Shown: positions 51,661 through 61,131, counted from the stretch's first letter. The stretch is DNA of 64,000 nucleotides from an uncultured Faecalibacterium sp. (GCA_964616655.1 CAZTSC010000012.1:211-64210), one strand, 5' to 3'. Numbers and translations: made by a program. The notes: generated from the sequence alone by a model not told the origin.

Positions 51661-53343
51661 ATGAAAAGAAAGCATTTATATCTGTTTCCGCTTTTGTGCG
51701 TGATAATGATATTTTTATCGTTAAAAGCAACTGCGGCAACAACACCAACGAGGATAGCGTTGTATTTTTTAGACTCGGATTATGAAAAGTATATTTCAAT
51801 ATCGAATGATGTGTATCAAAAATACAAGATACCATTAAAGGGTTCAAAAAGTGATTATATCATAACCATGGATGGAGATACGGTTGAAATATCTGACAAT
51901 CTTACAGTAACGCCCGCAAAACATACTACTTTTGTTATTGGTGGATTAAGCGGAACTGTTACCGAAAAGGAGCTTTATGAAGAGGGCGTAACCAAAGTTA
52001 CTATCAAATCAAAAACTAATAATAAGACATGGATATACGAATTTGATTGCTTGCCGTATACCGAGTATTATGCGGAAAAGGTCATGCAAATGTATATTAA
52101 TAATAATATAAACAGCAGCATGAACCAAAAAGAAAAGCTTGAAAAGATTTGTCAATTTGTTTGCAATTATCCGTATCATACAGATCATTCGGGCTTTGTG
52201 TCAATGATAGTCACAGGTGAGGGTGGCGACTGCTGGGCAAGCGCAAGTACAATAGTTGAAATGGCGAAAATGGTAGGATTAAAAGCAAGGTATACATCTT
52301 CTGAATACGTTTCTGTATTTACAGGCGGACATATAGTTCCCGTTGTAATGGTTGACGGAAAATATGCTTTAGTTGAGGCAAATATACAGGGGAATATTTT
52401 AATAGACAATGATGAAGTATATTCTTGCGAACGTAGTTATGCAATTGACTACTATGATTCTCCTTTTGTTTACTACGAGAGTTATGATTGGGAAGCCGAT
52501 GAAACAAGTATATGCATAGAAGCGTATTTAGGCTTTGGCGGCAATATAACTGTCCCCGAAAAATTTGATGGATATTATGTAAAATCTATAGATTCAAAGT
52601 GCTTTTATCTTGCCGAAAACTATCTTGGCGATGATCATATAACAAGTGTAAAGCTTCCCGATACACTGACAAATATAGGAGCAAGTGCGTTTTATGATTG
52701 CTCCGAAATCAAAAAAATTCACCTTGGTCCGAATGTTAAAGAGATCGGAATGGGTGCATTTTCCGGTTGTAATTCACTTGAGCTGGAAATAGATAATAAC
52801 AATCCGTATTTCTATGCTGATAATAACGCAGGCATTCTGTACAACAAAGATATGACAGCCTTAATATGCGGATATAACTTAAAAAATACAGATGTAAATA
52901 TACCTTACGGAGTTAAATACATAGAGGATTGTGCTTTTTGGGGTTCAAATATTACAAACGTTACGTTCCCCGAAACATTGGAAAACATAGCTTATGGTGC
53001 TTTTACATACAGTGATGGACTTTACGGAAATGATATTATTATACCTAAAAATGTAACGGGTATAGGTTATGCTGCTTTTTATGATACCAATTTAAGCTCT
53101 ATAACCATACTTAATCCGAATTGTGTTATTAACAACACAACCGAGAACAATCTTTGCGACCAGGAAGATGGAAATACTCTTGGCGGAAGTAGCTTTTATG
53201 GCACAACAACAATATATGGTGAACCGAATTCTACGGCGGAAGAATATGTCAAGAAGTATGGAATTGAAACAACATATTGGAGCGATGGTACTGTAGAAAA
53301 AAATCGCATATATGAATTTAAAAAATATGTCATACGTATTTAG
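51661..53343 (+). CDS. Secreted protein with a transglutaminase-like Cys-protease core and BspA-type leucine-rich repeats; N-terminal part of an interrupted gene
   Basis: Signal peptide present. GEGGDCWASASTIVEMAKMVGLKA is a transglutaminase-like core. The C-terminal half has repeated I..AF..C..L..I.IP units (LRR_5 type). Confidence 0.7.
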   Translation: MKRKHLYLFPLLCVIMIFLSLKATAATTPTRIALYFLDSDYEKYISISNDVYQKYKIPLKGSKSDYIITMDGDTVEISDNLTVTPAKHTTFVIGGLSGTVTEKELYEEGVTKVTIKSKTNNKTWIYEFDCLPYTEYYAEKVMQMYINNNINSSMNQKEKLEKICQFVCNYPYHTDHSGFVSMIVTGEGGDCWASASTIVEMAKMVGLKARYTSSEYVSVFTGGHIVPVVMVDGKYALVEANIQGNILIDNDEVYSCERSYAIDYYDSPFVYYESYDWEADETSICIEAYLGFGGNITVPEKFDGYYVKSIDSKCFYLAENYLGDDHITSVKLPDTLTNIGASAFYDCSEIKKIHLGPNVKEIGMGAFSGCNSLELEIDNNNPYFYADNNAGILYNKDMTALICGYNLKNTDVNIPYGVKYIEDCAFWGSNITNVTFPETLENIAYGAFTYSDGLYGNDIIIPKNVTGIGYAAFYDTNLSSITILNPNCVINNTTENNLCDQEDGNTLGGSSFYGTTTIYGEPNSTAEEYVKKYGIETTYWSDGTVEKNRIYEFKKYVIRI

Positions 53344-54098
53344 AGACAGGCAACCATGTCTGGAGCAGTAACGTAACAAAAACAGAACCGACTTGCACAA
53401 AGAATGGAGTGTATACAAGAACCTGTACCGAATGTGGTGAGAAAAAATCAGATCAGATAAAGAAACTGGGCCACTCCTATAAAACTGTAACAACCAAAGC
53501 GACAATGTCGAAAACCGGATCAATTGTGAAAAAATGTACAGCTTGCGGTAAAGTAGACTCAAACACCGCTATAGCTAAAATTAAGTCCGTAAAGCTTTCA
53601 AAAAAGAAATTCACCTACAACGGCAAAGCTCAAAAGCCGACCGTCACAGTCAAAGACAGCAATGGAAAGACACTTAAACAAGGCACGGATTATACGGTCA
53701 AATATTCTTCAGGCCGCAAGAATGTGGGACAGTATACAGTCACCGTCAAATTCAAGGGTAACTATAGCGGAACAAAGACTTTGACATTCACGATAGTCCC
53801 CAAAGGAACGTCTGTTTCAAAGCTCACAGCAGGCAAAAAGCAGTTCAGCGTAAAGTGGAAAAAACAGGCGACACAAACTTCGGGCTATGAGATTCAGTAT
53901 AGCACTTCGTCTAAGATGAAGAACGCAAAGACTGTCACCATTAAAAAGACAGGCACAACATCAACGACAGTCAAGAAGCTCAAGTCCGGCAAGAAGTACT
54001 ACGTGCGTGTACGAACATATAAGACAGTTAAGATCAACGGAAAATCGGTAAAACTTTATTCAAGCTGGTCAAGTATCAAGAATATAAAGACCAAATAA
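53322..54098 (+). pseudogene. C-terminal part of the same surface protein, in another frame
   Basis: The frame is open from 53322 (KICHTYLETGNHVWSSNVTKTEPTCTKNGVYTRTCTECGEKK...). Cys-pair repeats and FN3/Big-like repeats are typical C-terminal modules of such LRR proteins. There is no credible RBS before the GTG at 53409. Confidence 0.6.
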
Positions 54099-54113
54099 AC
54101 GACAAAATGTAAG

Positions 54114-54152
54114 AATCGAGCAGAGCTTAAACCGGCTCTACTCGATTTTTTT
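54114..54152 (+). terminator. Terminator of the surface-protein gene
   Basis: aatcgagcagagc...gctctactcgatt followed by ttttt. The T-run overlaps the stop codon of the convergent gene. Confidence 0.7.
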
Positions 54153-54924
54153 ACAGCAGCTTTTCTATAATTTCAAAACCATTTTCCTTAAGATAACTTT
54201 CAGCTTGCAAAATAAATCTTTTGTCTGTTATCTGTTTCGGACTGTGAGCATCAATGCCGATTACGGTTTTGTTTCCAACCTTTTTGGCGATTTTCCAAAA
54301 CTCACTGTAGGGATAAAGCTCCTTTCCTGCCTCATCACTTTTTCTGAGACCTAAAACATTATATTCTATCGGGATATCATATTCTTTGGCTGTGCGACAG
54401 ATGATTTCGCTTATTTCTACGGCTGTGTCGTCAAAGGTTTCATATTGTCTCATAAAAAGGTCAGGGTGGGCAACATATGTGTAAATTCCGCTTTTTATCG
54501 CATCGACCATGTTTTCACAATATTTATACAAACATTCCTTTGATTGGATTCTTCCGGTGTATTCACCATCTATCTCGTACGGCACATAATGATGGCCCAA
54601 AATTATATAATCGAGTTCATTTTCAGCTTTGAATTTCTTCAGCCAATCAAGATGTTGTGGGAAGTATTCCCATTCAAATCCGAGTTTGATATCAATTTGG
54701 TCTTTATATTTTTCTCTCAAATGTTTTATGCTTTTGATATATCCTTCGGATTCATCAACTGTCATTCTGATTGTTGAGACAAAACCGTTTTCATATGGCC
54801 AAGGGCCGTGATCTGAAAAGCCGAGAGTTTCCAATCCTGATTTAATTGCCGCTTTAACGTATTGTTCGTCAGTTCCTTTGGCATGATGACATCGCTTTGT
54901 GTGAGTGTGATAATTTGCAATCAT
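54151..54924 (-). CDS. PHP-family histidinol-phosphatase (HisJ/HisK type)
   Basis: The N-terminal YHTHTKRCHHA motif and PHP-domain His/Asp pattern. Confidence 0.75.
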   Translation of the reverse strand: MIANYHTHTKRCHHAKGTDEQYVKAAIKSGLETLGFSDHGPWPYENGFVSTIRMTVDESEGYIKSIKHLREKYKDQIDIKLGFEWEYFPQHLDWLKKFKAENELDYIILGHHYVPYEIDGEYTGRIQSKECLYKYCENMVDAIKSGIYTYVAHPDLFMRQYETFDDTAVEISEIICRTAKEYDIPIEYNVLGLRKSDEAGKELYPYSEFWKIAKKVGNKTVIGIDAHSPKQITDKRFILQAESYLKENGFEIIEKLL

Positions 54925-54971
54925 GGTGTTACCTCTTAATAAACGAGATTAATGGATCAAGCTCCTACTTG

Positions 54972-55047
54972 CAGCGTGGGTTTGGCACCCACTAGCTAAA
55001 GCTTCGTGGGTACGCAAACCCACGCTGTCCGCCCGCTTCGCGGGCGG
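54972..55047 (+). repeat. GC-rich composite hairpin repeat, copy D
   Basis: CAGCGTGGGTTT-GGCAC-[CCCAC-tagctaaagcttc-GTGGG]-TACGC-AAACCCACGCTG, then CCGCCCGC-TTC-GCGGGCGG. Confidence 0.8.
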
Positions 55048-55203
55048 GGGTACTTTCACATATATTCTATCACAAATTCAACGTCATGAAAATAAAAATT
55101 CGATATTATTGAAAAAAATATTCGCATAGGCTTTGATTTTTATAATAATTATGTTATACTGTCTAAGATTAGAAACCAAAACAAATTGAAAGGACGAATA
55201 TAA

Positions 55204-57138
55204 ATGGACAAGGGTAAATTTTATATTACAACCGCTATTGCATATACTTCCAGAAAACCTCATATCGGAAACAGCTATGAAATCGTTCTGACAGATGCTA
55301 TCGCAAGATATAAGCGTTTGCAGGGCTATGATGTCTATTTCCTGACAGGTACAGATGAACACGGTCAAAAGATCGAGGAATATGCTAAAGCTGCCGATGT
55401 CACACCCAAGGAATATGTTGATAAGGTAGCGGGTGAAATCAGAGGCATATGTGACACTTTAAATACGACCTACGACAAGTTCATTAGAACCACAGACGAA
55501 TATCATGAAAAAACAGTTCAAAAGATATTCAATAAGCTGTATGAACAGGGCGATATCTATAAGAGCGAATATGAGGGACTTTACTGTACTCCTTGTGAAT
55601 CATTCTGGACAGAGTCACAGCTTGTTGACGGAAAATGTCCCGATTGCGGCGGAGAAGTAAAAAAAGCTAAGGAGGAGGCTTACTTCCTCAGACTTTCCAA
55701 ATATCAGAAACAGCTTGAGGAGTACATTGAAAAGAACGATAACTTTATCTATCCTGAGAGCAGAAAGAAAGAGATGCTTAACAACTTCATTAAGCCGGGA
55801 CTTCAGGATCTCTGCGTTTCTAGATCGTCATTCAAATGGGGAATTCCCGTTACATTTGACGATAAGCACGTTATCTACGTTTGGATTGATGCACTTTCAA
55901 ATTATATTACCGCACTCGGTTACGATCCTGACGGTTCAAGTGAGCTTTATAAAAAGTATTGGCCGGCTGATGTTCACATTATCGGTAAAGATATAGTAAG
56001 ATTTCACACGATCTATTGGCCGATCATGCTCATGGCACTCGGTGAAGAGCTTCCCAAGCAGGTCTACGGTCACCCATGGCTTCTTTTCGGTACTGATAAG
56101 ATGAGCAAATCTAAGGGCAACGTTATCTATGCCGATGATCTTGTATCTCTCTTAGGCGTTGATGCAACAAGATATTATCTTTTGTCTGAGATGCCTCACG
56201 CAAATGACGGCTCTATTTCATATGAAACTATCATAGAGAGATATAACTCGGATCTCGCAAACACCCTCGGAAACCTCGTCAACAGAACGGTCGCAATGAC
56301 GAATAAGTATTTTGGCGGTGAAATCAAAGCTCCGGTTGAAGAAACCGAGCTTGATAAAGAGCTTAAGCAGTTCGCTCTTGACACGGTGAAGAAGGTTGAC
56401 GACAATATTGCCACGTACCACATGGCTGATGCTGTCGAGAGTGTAATGAACCTTGCTAAACGCTGTAACAAATATATTGACGAAACAACACCGTGGACAC
56501 TTGCTAAGAACGAAGAATTTGACCGTCTTGGAACAGTTCTTTATAATCTCTTAGAGGCGATAAGATATATTGCGGTACTCATGACTGCGTTCTTGCCCGA
56601 CACCGCTGAGGCTATTTTCTCTCAGCTCGGAACCGATGTTAAGTCATATGACAGCCTTGAAAACTTCGGCGGACTTGTCAGCGGCGGAAAAGTCGGTGAA
56701 GCCAAGCCACTGTTTAGCCGTATAGATGCGGAAAAAATGCTTGCCGAGATAAACGAAAGAGTCGAAAAAGAAATGGCTAAAGCAAAGATAACAAATGATC
56801 TTAAAAATGTTGCCCAGATTGGCATTGATGATTTCGCAAAATCAGAACTTCGAGTTGCCGAAGTTGTTGATTGCGTACCTGTTAAGAGAGCAAAGAAACT
56901 GTTGCAGTTGACACTTGATGACGGATCGGGGCAGCCGAGAACAGTCGCATCGGGCATCGCTCAGTGGTATAAGCCCGAAGATCTTATCGGTCACAAGGTC
57001 ATAGTTGTTGCCAACCTTAAGCCCGCAACACTTTGCGGAGTTGAAAGTTGTGGAATGATACTTGCCGGTGATTGCGGTGAAAATGATGTCAAGGTTGTTT
57101 TCGTTGACGGTATGCCTAACGGTACAAAAATAAGATAA
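55204..57138 (+). CDS. metG: Methionine--tRNA ligase with a C-terminal tRNA-binding domain
   Basis: HIGH variant KPHIGNSYE, KMSKS, and the zinc knuckle CTPCE...CPDCG. Confidence 0.95.
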   Translation: MDKGKFYITTAIAYTSRKPHIGNSYEIVLTDAIARYKRLQGYDVYFLTGTDEHGQKIEEYAKAADVTPKEYVDKVAGEIRGICDTLNTTYDKFIRTTDEYHEKTVQKIFNKLYEQGDIYKSEYEGLYCTPCESFWTESQLVDGKCPDCGGEVKKAKEEAYFLRLSKYQKQLEEYIEKNDNFIYPESRKKEMLNNFIKPGLQDLCVSRSSFKWGIPVTFDDKHVIYVWIDALSNYITALGYDPDGSSELYKKYWPADVHIIGKDIVRFHTIYWPIMLMALGEELPKQVYGHPWLLFGTDKMSKSKGNVIYADDLVSLLGVDATRYYLLSEMPHANDGSISYETIIERYNSDLANTLGNLVNRTVAMTNKYFGGEIKAPVEETELDKELKQFALDTVKKVDDNIATYHMADAVESVMNLAKRCNKYIDETTPWTLAKNEEFDRLGTVLYNLLEAIRYIAVLMTAFLPDTAEAIFSQLGTDVKSYDSLENFGGLVSGGKVGEAKPLFSRIDAEKMLAEINERVEKEMAKAKITNDLKNVAQIGIDDFAKSELRVAEVVDCVPVKRAKKLLQLTLDDGSGQPRTVASGIAQWYKPEDLIGHKVIVVANLKPATLCGVESCGMILAGDCGENDVKVVFVDGMPNGTKIR

Positions 57139-57902
57139 TGGAAAATATCTTTGATACACACGCTCACTATGACGATGAAGCCTTTGATATTGACAGAGAA
57201 ACACTCCTTTCCACATTTGAAAATAGAGGAGTAAGCTATGTTATTGATTGTGGCTGTGATGTTATGTCAAGCAAAAAGGCGATTGAGCTTAGCGAAAAAT
57301 ATGACTTTATCTATGCGGCAGTTGGTATTCACCCACATGAAGCTGATGACGCAGATGACAGTGATATTGATATCATCAAGCGCTTGACCGAACATGAAAA
57401 GGTCGTGGCGATAGGAGAGATAGGTCTTGATTATCACTATGATTTTTCACCGAGGGAACTTCAAAAGGAATATTTTGAAAAGCAGATAATTCTTGCGAAT
57501 GAGCTTGATATTCCCATAATCGTTCATGACAGAGAAGCTCATGAGGATACGATGCAGTTGCTTAGAAAATACAAACCGAAAGGTGTTTTGCATTGCTTTT
57601 CCGGCAGTGTTGAAACAGCGAAAGAGATAATTTCTCTCGGAATGTATATCGGGCTTGGTGGAGCAGTGACATTCAAGAACGCAAAAAAGCCTGTTGAAGT
57701 TGCGGAGTATTTGCCGCTTGATAGATTTTTGCTTGAAACAGATGCACCTTATATGACACCCGTGCCGTTTCGAGGAAAGAGAAACGATTCAACACTGATA
57801 CCATATGCGGCTCTGAAGATAGCCGAGATAAAGGGCATAGATGCACAAGTTGTAGTTGATGCGGCTTGTGAAAATGCTAAAAGGCTGTTTGGAATAAAGT
57901 GA
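57138..57902 (+). CDS. TatD family metal-dependent hydrolase
   Basis: N-terminal DTHAHYDD motif. TAATG overlap with metG, the conserved metG-tatD pair. Confidence 0.9.
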   Translation: MENIFDTHAHYDDEAFDIDRETLLSTFENRGVSYVIDCGCDVMSSKKAIELSEKYDFIYAAVGIHPHEADDADDSDIDIIKRLTEHEKVVAIGEIGLDYHYDFSPRELQKEYFEKQIILANELDIPIIVHDREAHEDTMQLLRKYKPKGVLHCFSGSVETAKEIISLGMYIGLGGAVTFKNAKKPVEVAEYLPLDRFLLETDAPYMTPVPFRGKRNDSTLIPYAALKIAEIKGIDAQVVVDAACENAKRLFGIK

Positions 57903-57922
57903 AATAATTATATATAAAGAAA

Positions 57923-57968
57923 AACGGATATCCTTAACCGACTTGGTTTTGGATATCCGTTCTGTATT
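57923..57968 (+). terminator. tatD terminator
   Basis: aacggatatcc-N17-ggatatccgtt followed by ctgtattt. Confidence 0.7.
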
Positions 57969-58265
57969 TAGATAAGTTAAAATGTGCAACCGACAATTTT
58001 GATTAAATAAAAAGACGAACGCAAACGCATCCGCCTCAGAAAATCTATGTAATTCCCGCCGAGCCGATAGCACAGCATTTATAATCTGCTGAAAAAGCAG
58101 GTGGGTGAATGCCTTCGGGTTCACGCTCCCTTCGTCCGCTTTATCGCATATAGCGATAAAGTCAGGAGGTCTGCAATCCGCCGACTGAGCTTATTCTCCC
58201 TTTAAAATGGTGTTAGGTTATAGTAACTGTGCCTGTCGCACACGGCAGGAATATAAAGCTGTTAA

Positions 58266-58580
58266 TTATTCTTCCTCATCGCTTTCGTCATATTCAAAAA
58301 GCTCATCGAGTCTTTCTTGGAAAAAGTCTCTGATCTCGTTAAATTCGTTTTCATCTTCAATTTCAACAAGATAAGTTTCGCCTTTTTCTTCAAGAACTTT
58401 GAGAATGATCGCTTCACCGTCATCTTCCAAAAGCTCATCACTGTTTTCAAAGATCGAAAGCATAGCAACATATCTGTTTCCATCGTCTGTTTCGATTCTG
58501 TCGATCTCCTCAAACTGATGTTCAACTCCGTCATCATCGGTAACGGTTATAATGTCAAAATCGTAATTTTCTTCTTGCAT
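58266..58580 (-). CDS. DUF1292 family protein
   Basis: 104 aa, acidic. ITVTDDDGVEHQFEEIDRIE...YVAM is typical of DUF1292. Confidence 0.75.
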   Translation of the reverse strand: MQEENYDFDIITVTDDDGVEHQFEEIDRIETDDGNRYVAMLSIFENSDELLEDDGEAIILKVLEEKGETYLVEIEDENEFNEIRDFFQERLDELFEYDESDEEE

Positions 58581-58785
58581 TTTTACTTATCCTTTCTTTT
58601 TCTGTCTACATTTTAATATTTTTTCTTTCATAAGTCAATATCAAAACTGTTATTTCAATAAATATAAAAAATTATTTAAAAATCTATTCGCTTTTTAGGT
58701 GTAATATGATATACTATAAAATATATGCGTTGTGTTTTATGAAAATGATAGTGTTAAATTTATATAGAAGAAAACTGAAAGGAAG

Positions 58786-59979
58786 ATGAAAATGCAGACT
58801 ACAACTGTATTCGGAACGTGGCAAATATCTAAGCCGATCGGAACCGGAACTTATGGAAAAACTTATGAGATAACAAATTTTACCGGCGAAGAAGGAATAT
58901 ATAAACTTATTAAAATTCCCATAGAACTTGTCAAAGATCCTGATGAATTTCCAATTAAAACTCATAAGGATAAAACTAAGGAAATAAGAAATGATTTTCT
59001 GGGTTCGGTTGCTTATATAAACTTAAATGATGAATGGAAACACTTTGTCAAATATGAGGATTGCTCTTTTGTTCCGTCTGATGATTTCACCAGCCTTTCC
59101 GTGTCAATACGAATGGAAAAGCTTTTAAGTCTTTCAACAGTAATTGCAAGACAATCACTTTCACAAGATGAAGTTCTTCGTCTTGCCGTTAACGTTTGTC
59201 GCTGTCTTGAAAAATGTCGTGAAATGGACTATATTTATACGAATTTGAAGCCGAATAATATTTTCATAACAAATACCGGTTGCAAACTCGGAGATTTTGG
59301 TACGTTCGGGCTTTATGAGCCTAAAAAGATAAATGTCGCAATGAGAAAATCGCAGGATTATATGGCTCCCGAAATGATAAAATTCGGCGAGATAAATCCA
59401 ACTTCAGATACCTATGCGTTGGGACTTATTATGTATTCTTTGCTTAATGGCAATAAATTGCCGTTTATTCCGAGATATGAAGATCAGGTCGGTATAAATG
59501 ATGCAAATCTTGCGATAGAAAAGCGTTGTTCAAACTATGTTTTCACTGATCCGGATAACGCAACTCCTGATGTTAAGGCTATAATTTTTAAAGCGTGTGA
59601 TCCTGCGGTTGTAAACAGATATGAAAGTCCGACACAGATGAAAAATGATTTGCTTGCTGCATTAGGCGAGCAATCAGAGGAAAATCCATTTGAAAAAGCT
59701 GTTGAGATTCCGCTTGACCATAATGTTGAAGAACCTGAAACCACTCAGCATAAAATGGAAAATATTACAACTTATGAATATGATAACGGAAATAAGAAAG
59801 ATAAGAAACTTGATAGAAAAAAATTGATTCTGTTGATTGCTATTGCTGTTGCATTTTTGGTTCTAATAGCTGTGGTTGCTGCAATTATAATAAGAGATGT
59901 TTCTGAAAGTGCTTATATCCAGCCGTCTATCGAACATACTTCGGCGTACCTTTTAAGAATATATCATGGAGGACGATAA
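58786..59979 (+). CDS. Membrane-anchored Ser/Thr protein-kinase-like protein, predicted catalytically impaired
   Basis: G-loop GTGTYGKTY, a Lys in YKLIKI, DFG, YMAPE and DTYALG are present, but the catalytic loop reads YTNLKPNN instead of HRDLKPxN. C-terminal TM LILLIAIAVAFLVLIAVVAAIII. The ATG at 58792 has better RBS spacing. Confidence 0.65.
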   Translation: MKMQTTTVFGTWQISKPIGTGTYGKTYEITNFTGEEGIYKLIKIPIELVKDPDEFPIKTHKDKTKEIRNDFLGSVAYINLNDEWKHFVKYEDCSFVPSDDFTSLSVSIRMEKLLSLSTVIARQSLSQDEVLRLAVNVCRCLEKCREMDYIYTNLKPNNIFITNTGCKLGDFGTFGLYEPKKINVAMRKSQDYMAPEMIKFGEINPTSDTYALGLIMYSLLNGNKLPFIPRYEDQVGINDANLAIEKRCSNYVFTDPDNATPDVKAIIFKACDPAVVNRYESPTQMKNDLLAALGEQSEENPFEKAVEIPLDHNVEEPETTQHKMENITTYEYDNGNKKDKKLDRKKLILLIAIAVAFLVLIAVVAAIIIRDVSESAYIQPSIEHTSAYLLRIYHGGR

Positions 59980-60736
59980 GCTTTTATTGGCACTGATTGA
60001 CGATAAAATTCAACAGTGCAAAAATGATTGCATAATTACTTCGACAAAATTTCTGGATATCAGACAGCAAGCTATATTTTTATCACATCGAAGTGACAAA
60101 GACACTGTTTCTATACTTTTCGGCGGGTACGAGTCGGCGGAGCGAAAAATCGGAGTTTTTATTCCCAAGTTATATGGTGTTACCAATGAGGAAGAATTCT
60201 TTGAATATGATTCCGGCGATCCACTGAAAGCTGTCAGAATAGAGAAAGACAAGTTTTCGGTGCTGAGTCACAGAGATTATCTCGGAGCAATAATGAGTCT
60301 CGGAATAAAACGTGAAACGGTTGGAGATATTATAACAGATGAAACCGGTGCAAATGTTGTTTTAATGAAAGAAATTGTACCGCATATAGTGCAGAATCTT
60401 AATAGGATCGGTCGTGGATCTTGCAAATGCAGCGAGATTTCTCTTTCAAATTTGTGTGAAGCCGATGTTGAAACGCAAGAGATATTTGCAACGGTAGCCT
60501 CACTTAGATTAGATAATATAGTTTCAACTGCATTTTCAATTTCAAGAAAACTTGCCTGTCAGGGGATAGAGCAGAAAAAAGTATTTGTCGATGGAATACT
60601 TTGTGAAAAAGCCGACAAAAAGGTAAATATTGGATCAAAAATAGTGTTTCATGGCAAAGGAAAAGTTGTTTTGCAAGAACAGAACGGCTTTAGCAAAAAA
60701 GACCGACCGAAAATAATAATTAAAAAGTACATATAA
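59966..60736 (+). CDS. ylmH: YlmH-like RNA-binding S4-domain protein
   Basis: C-terminal S4 domain (RLDNIVSTAFSISRKLACQGIEQKKVFVDG). 14-nt overlap with the kinase-like gene. Confidence 0.7.
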   Translation: MEDDKLLLALIDDKIQQCKNDCIITSTKFLDIRQQAIFLSHRSDKDTVSILFGGYESAERKIGVFIPKLYGVTNEEEFFEYDSGDPLKAVRIEKDKFSVLSHRDYLGAIMSLGIKRETVGDIITDETGANVVLMKEIVPHIVQNLNRIGRGSCKCSEISLSNLCEADVETQEIFATVASLRLDNIVSTAFSISRKLACQGIEQKKVFVDGILCEKADKKVNIGSKIVFHGKGKVVLQEQNGFSKKDRPKIIIKKYI

Positions 60737-60746
60737 GTCGGTTTTT

Positions 60747-60851
60747 GCGGCATCTTATCGGCATCTCCTCATATAGTGCCTTGCGGCACACATTCGGAGA
60801 TACACGCTAAGCCGCCGTACGCCCGCTTCGCGGGCGGGTTACACGCTAACC
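60747..60851 (+). repeat. GC-rich composite hairpin repeat, copy E (decayed outer stem)
   Basis: GTGCC-TTGC-GGCAC hairpin; ATCTCC/GGAGAT pairing; TACACGC; then CGCCCGC-TTC-GCGGGCG flanked by the 10-bp direct repeat TACACGCTAA (60801-60810 and 60840-60849). Confidence 0.7.
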
Positions 60852-60888
60852 ATCTTTAATATTTTTAATCAAAACTCTGTCTTTTTAA

Positions 60889-60917
60889 TTGACAAACTCC
60901 TTAAACGGTGATAGAAT
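60889..60917 (+). promoter_or_regulatory. Promoter of the riboswitch-ATPase unit
   Basis: TTGACA (60889-60894), 17 nt, TAGAAT (60912-60917), with TG two nt upstream. Confidence 0.65.
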
Positions 60918-60924
60918 ACAACTG

Positions 60925-61062
60925 TTGAATAACCTCGTTAGAGGGGAGTAGCTTTTTATTCGTGAATCAACAGCCGCCGATTATTTCGGCTGGTTCACGG
61001 TGCATATTATTTATGTGAGCGAGACCTTTAACATAGCATTGCTATGTTAGAGGTTTTTTAAT
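60925..61062 (+). promoter_or_regulatory. yybP-ykoY (Mn2+) riboswitch
   Basis: GAGGGGAGTAG (60941-60951), AATCAACAG, GTGAGCGAGACC, then terminator cctttaacatagc-att-gctatgttagagg plus tttttt (61024-61062). Confidence 0.8.
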
Positions 61063-61131
61063 AATTAATATAAAGCATTAAAGCTGAAAAGGACACGAAA
61101 CAGCTTTGATGCGAATAGAAAGGAAAAGAAC

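Noticed and set aside
53314-53328. Programmed -1 ribosomal frameshift at the A6 tract joining the two surface-protein ORFs
   Set aside because: The zero-frame context (GAA TTT AAA AAA TAT) does not give an X_XXY_YYZ heptamer that allows re-pairing of both tRNAs. No obvious downstream stimulatory structure was seen. An indel is the simpler explanation.
58140-58200. Identification of the 58 kb spacer as SRP RNA, a cobalamin riboswitch, or an FMN or c-di-AMP riboswitch
   Set aside because: Only short motif resemblances exist. The SRP domain IV sequence (GGAAGGAAGCAGC-type), the cobalamin core and the paired FMN or ydaO halves are all absent. No downstream gene lies in the plus orientation.
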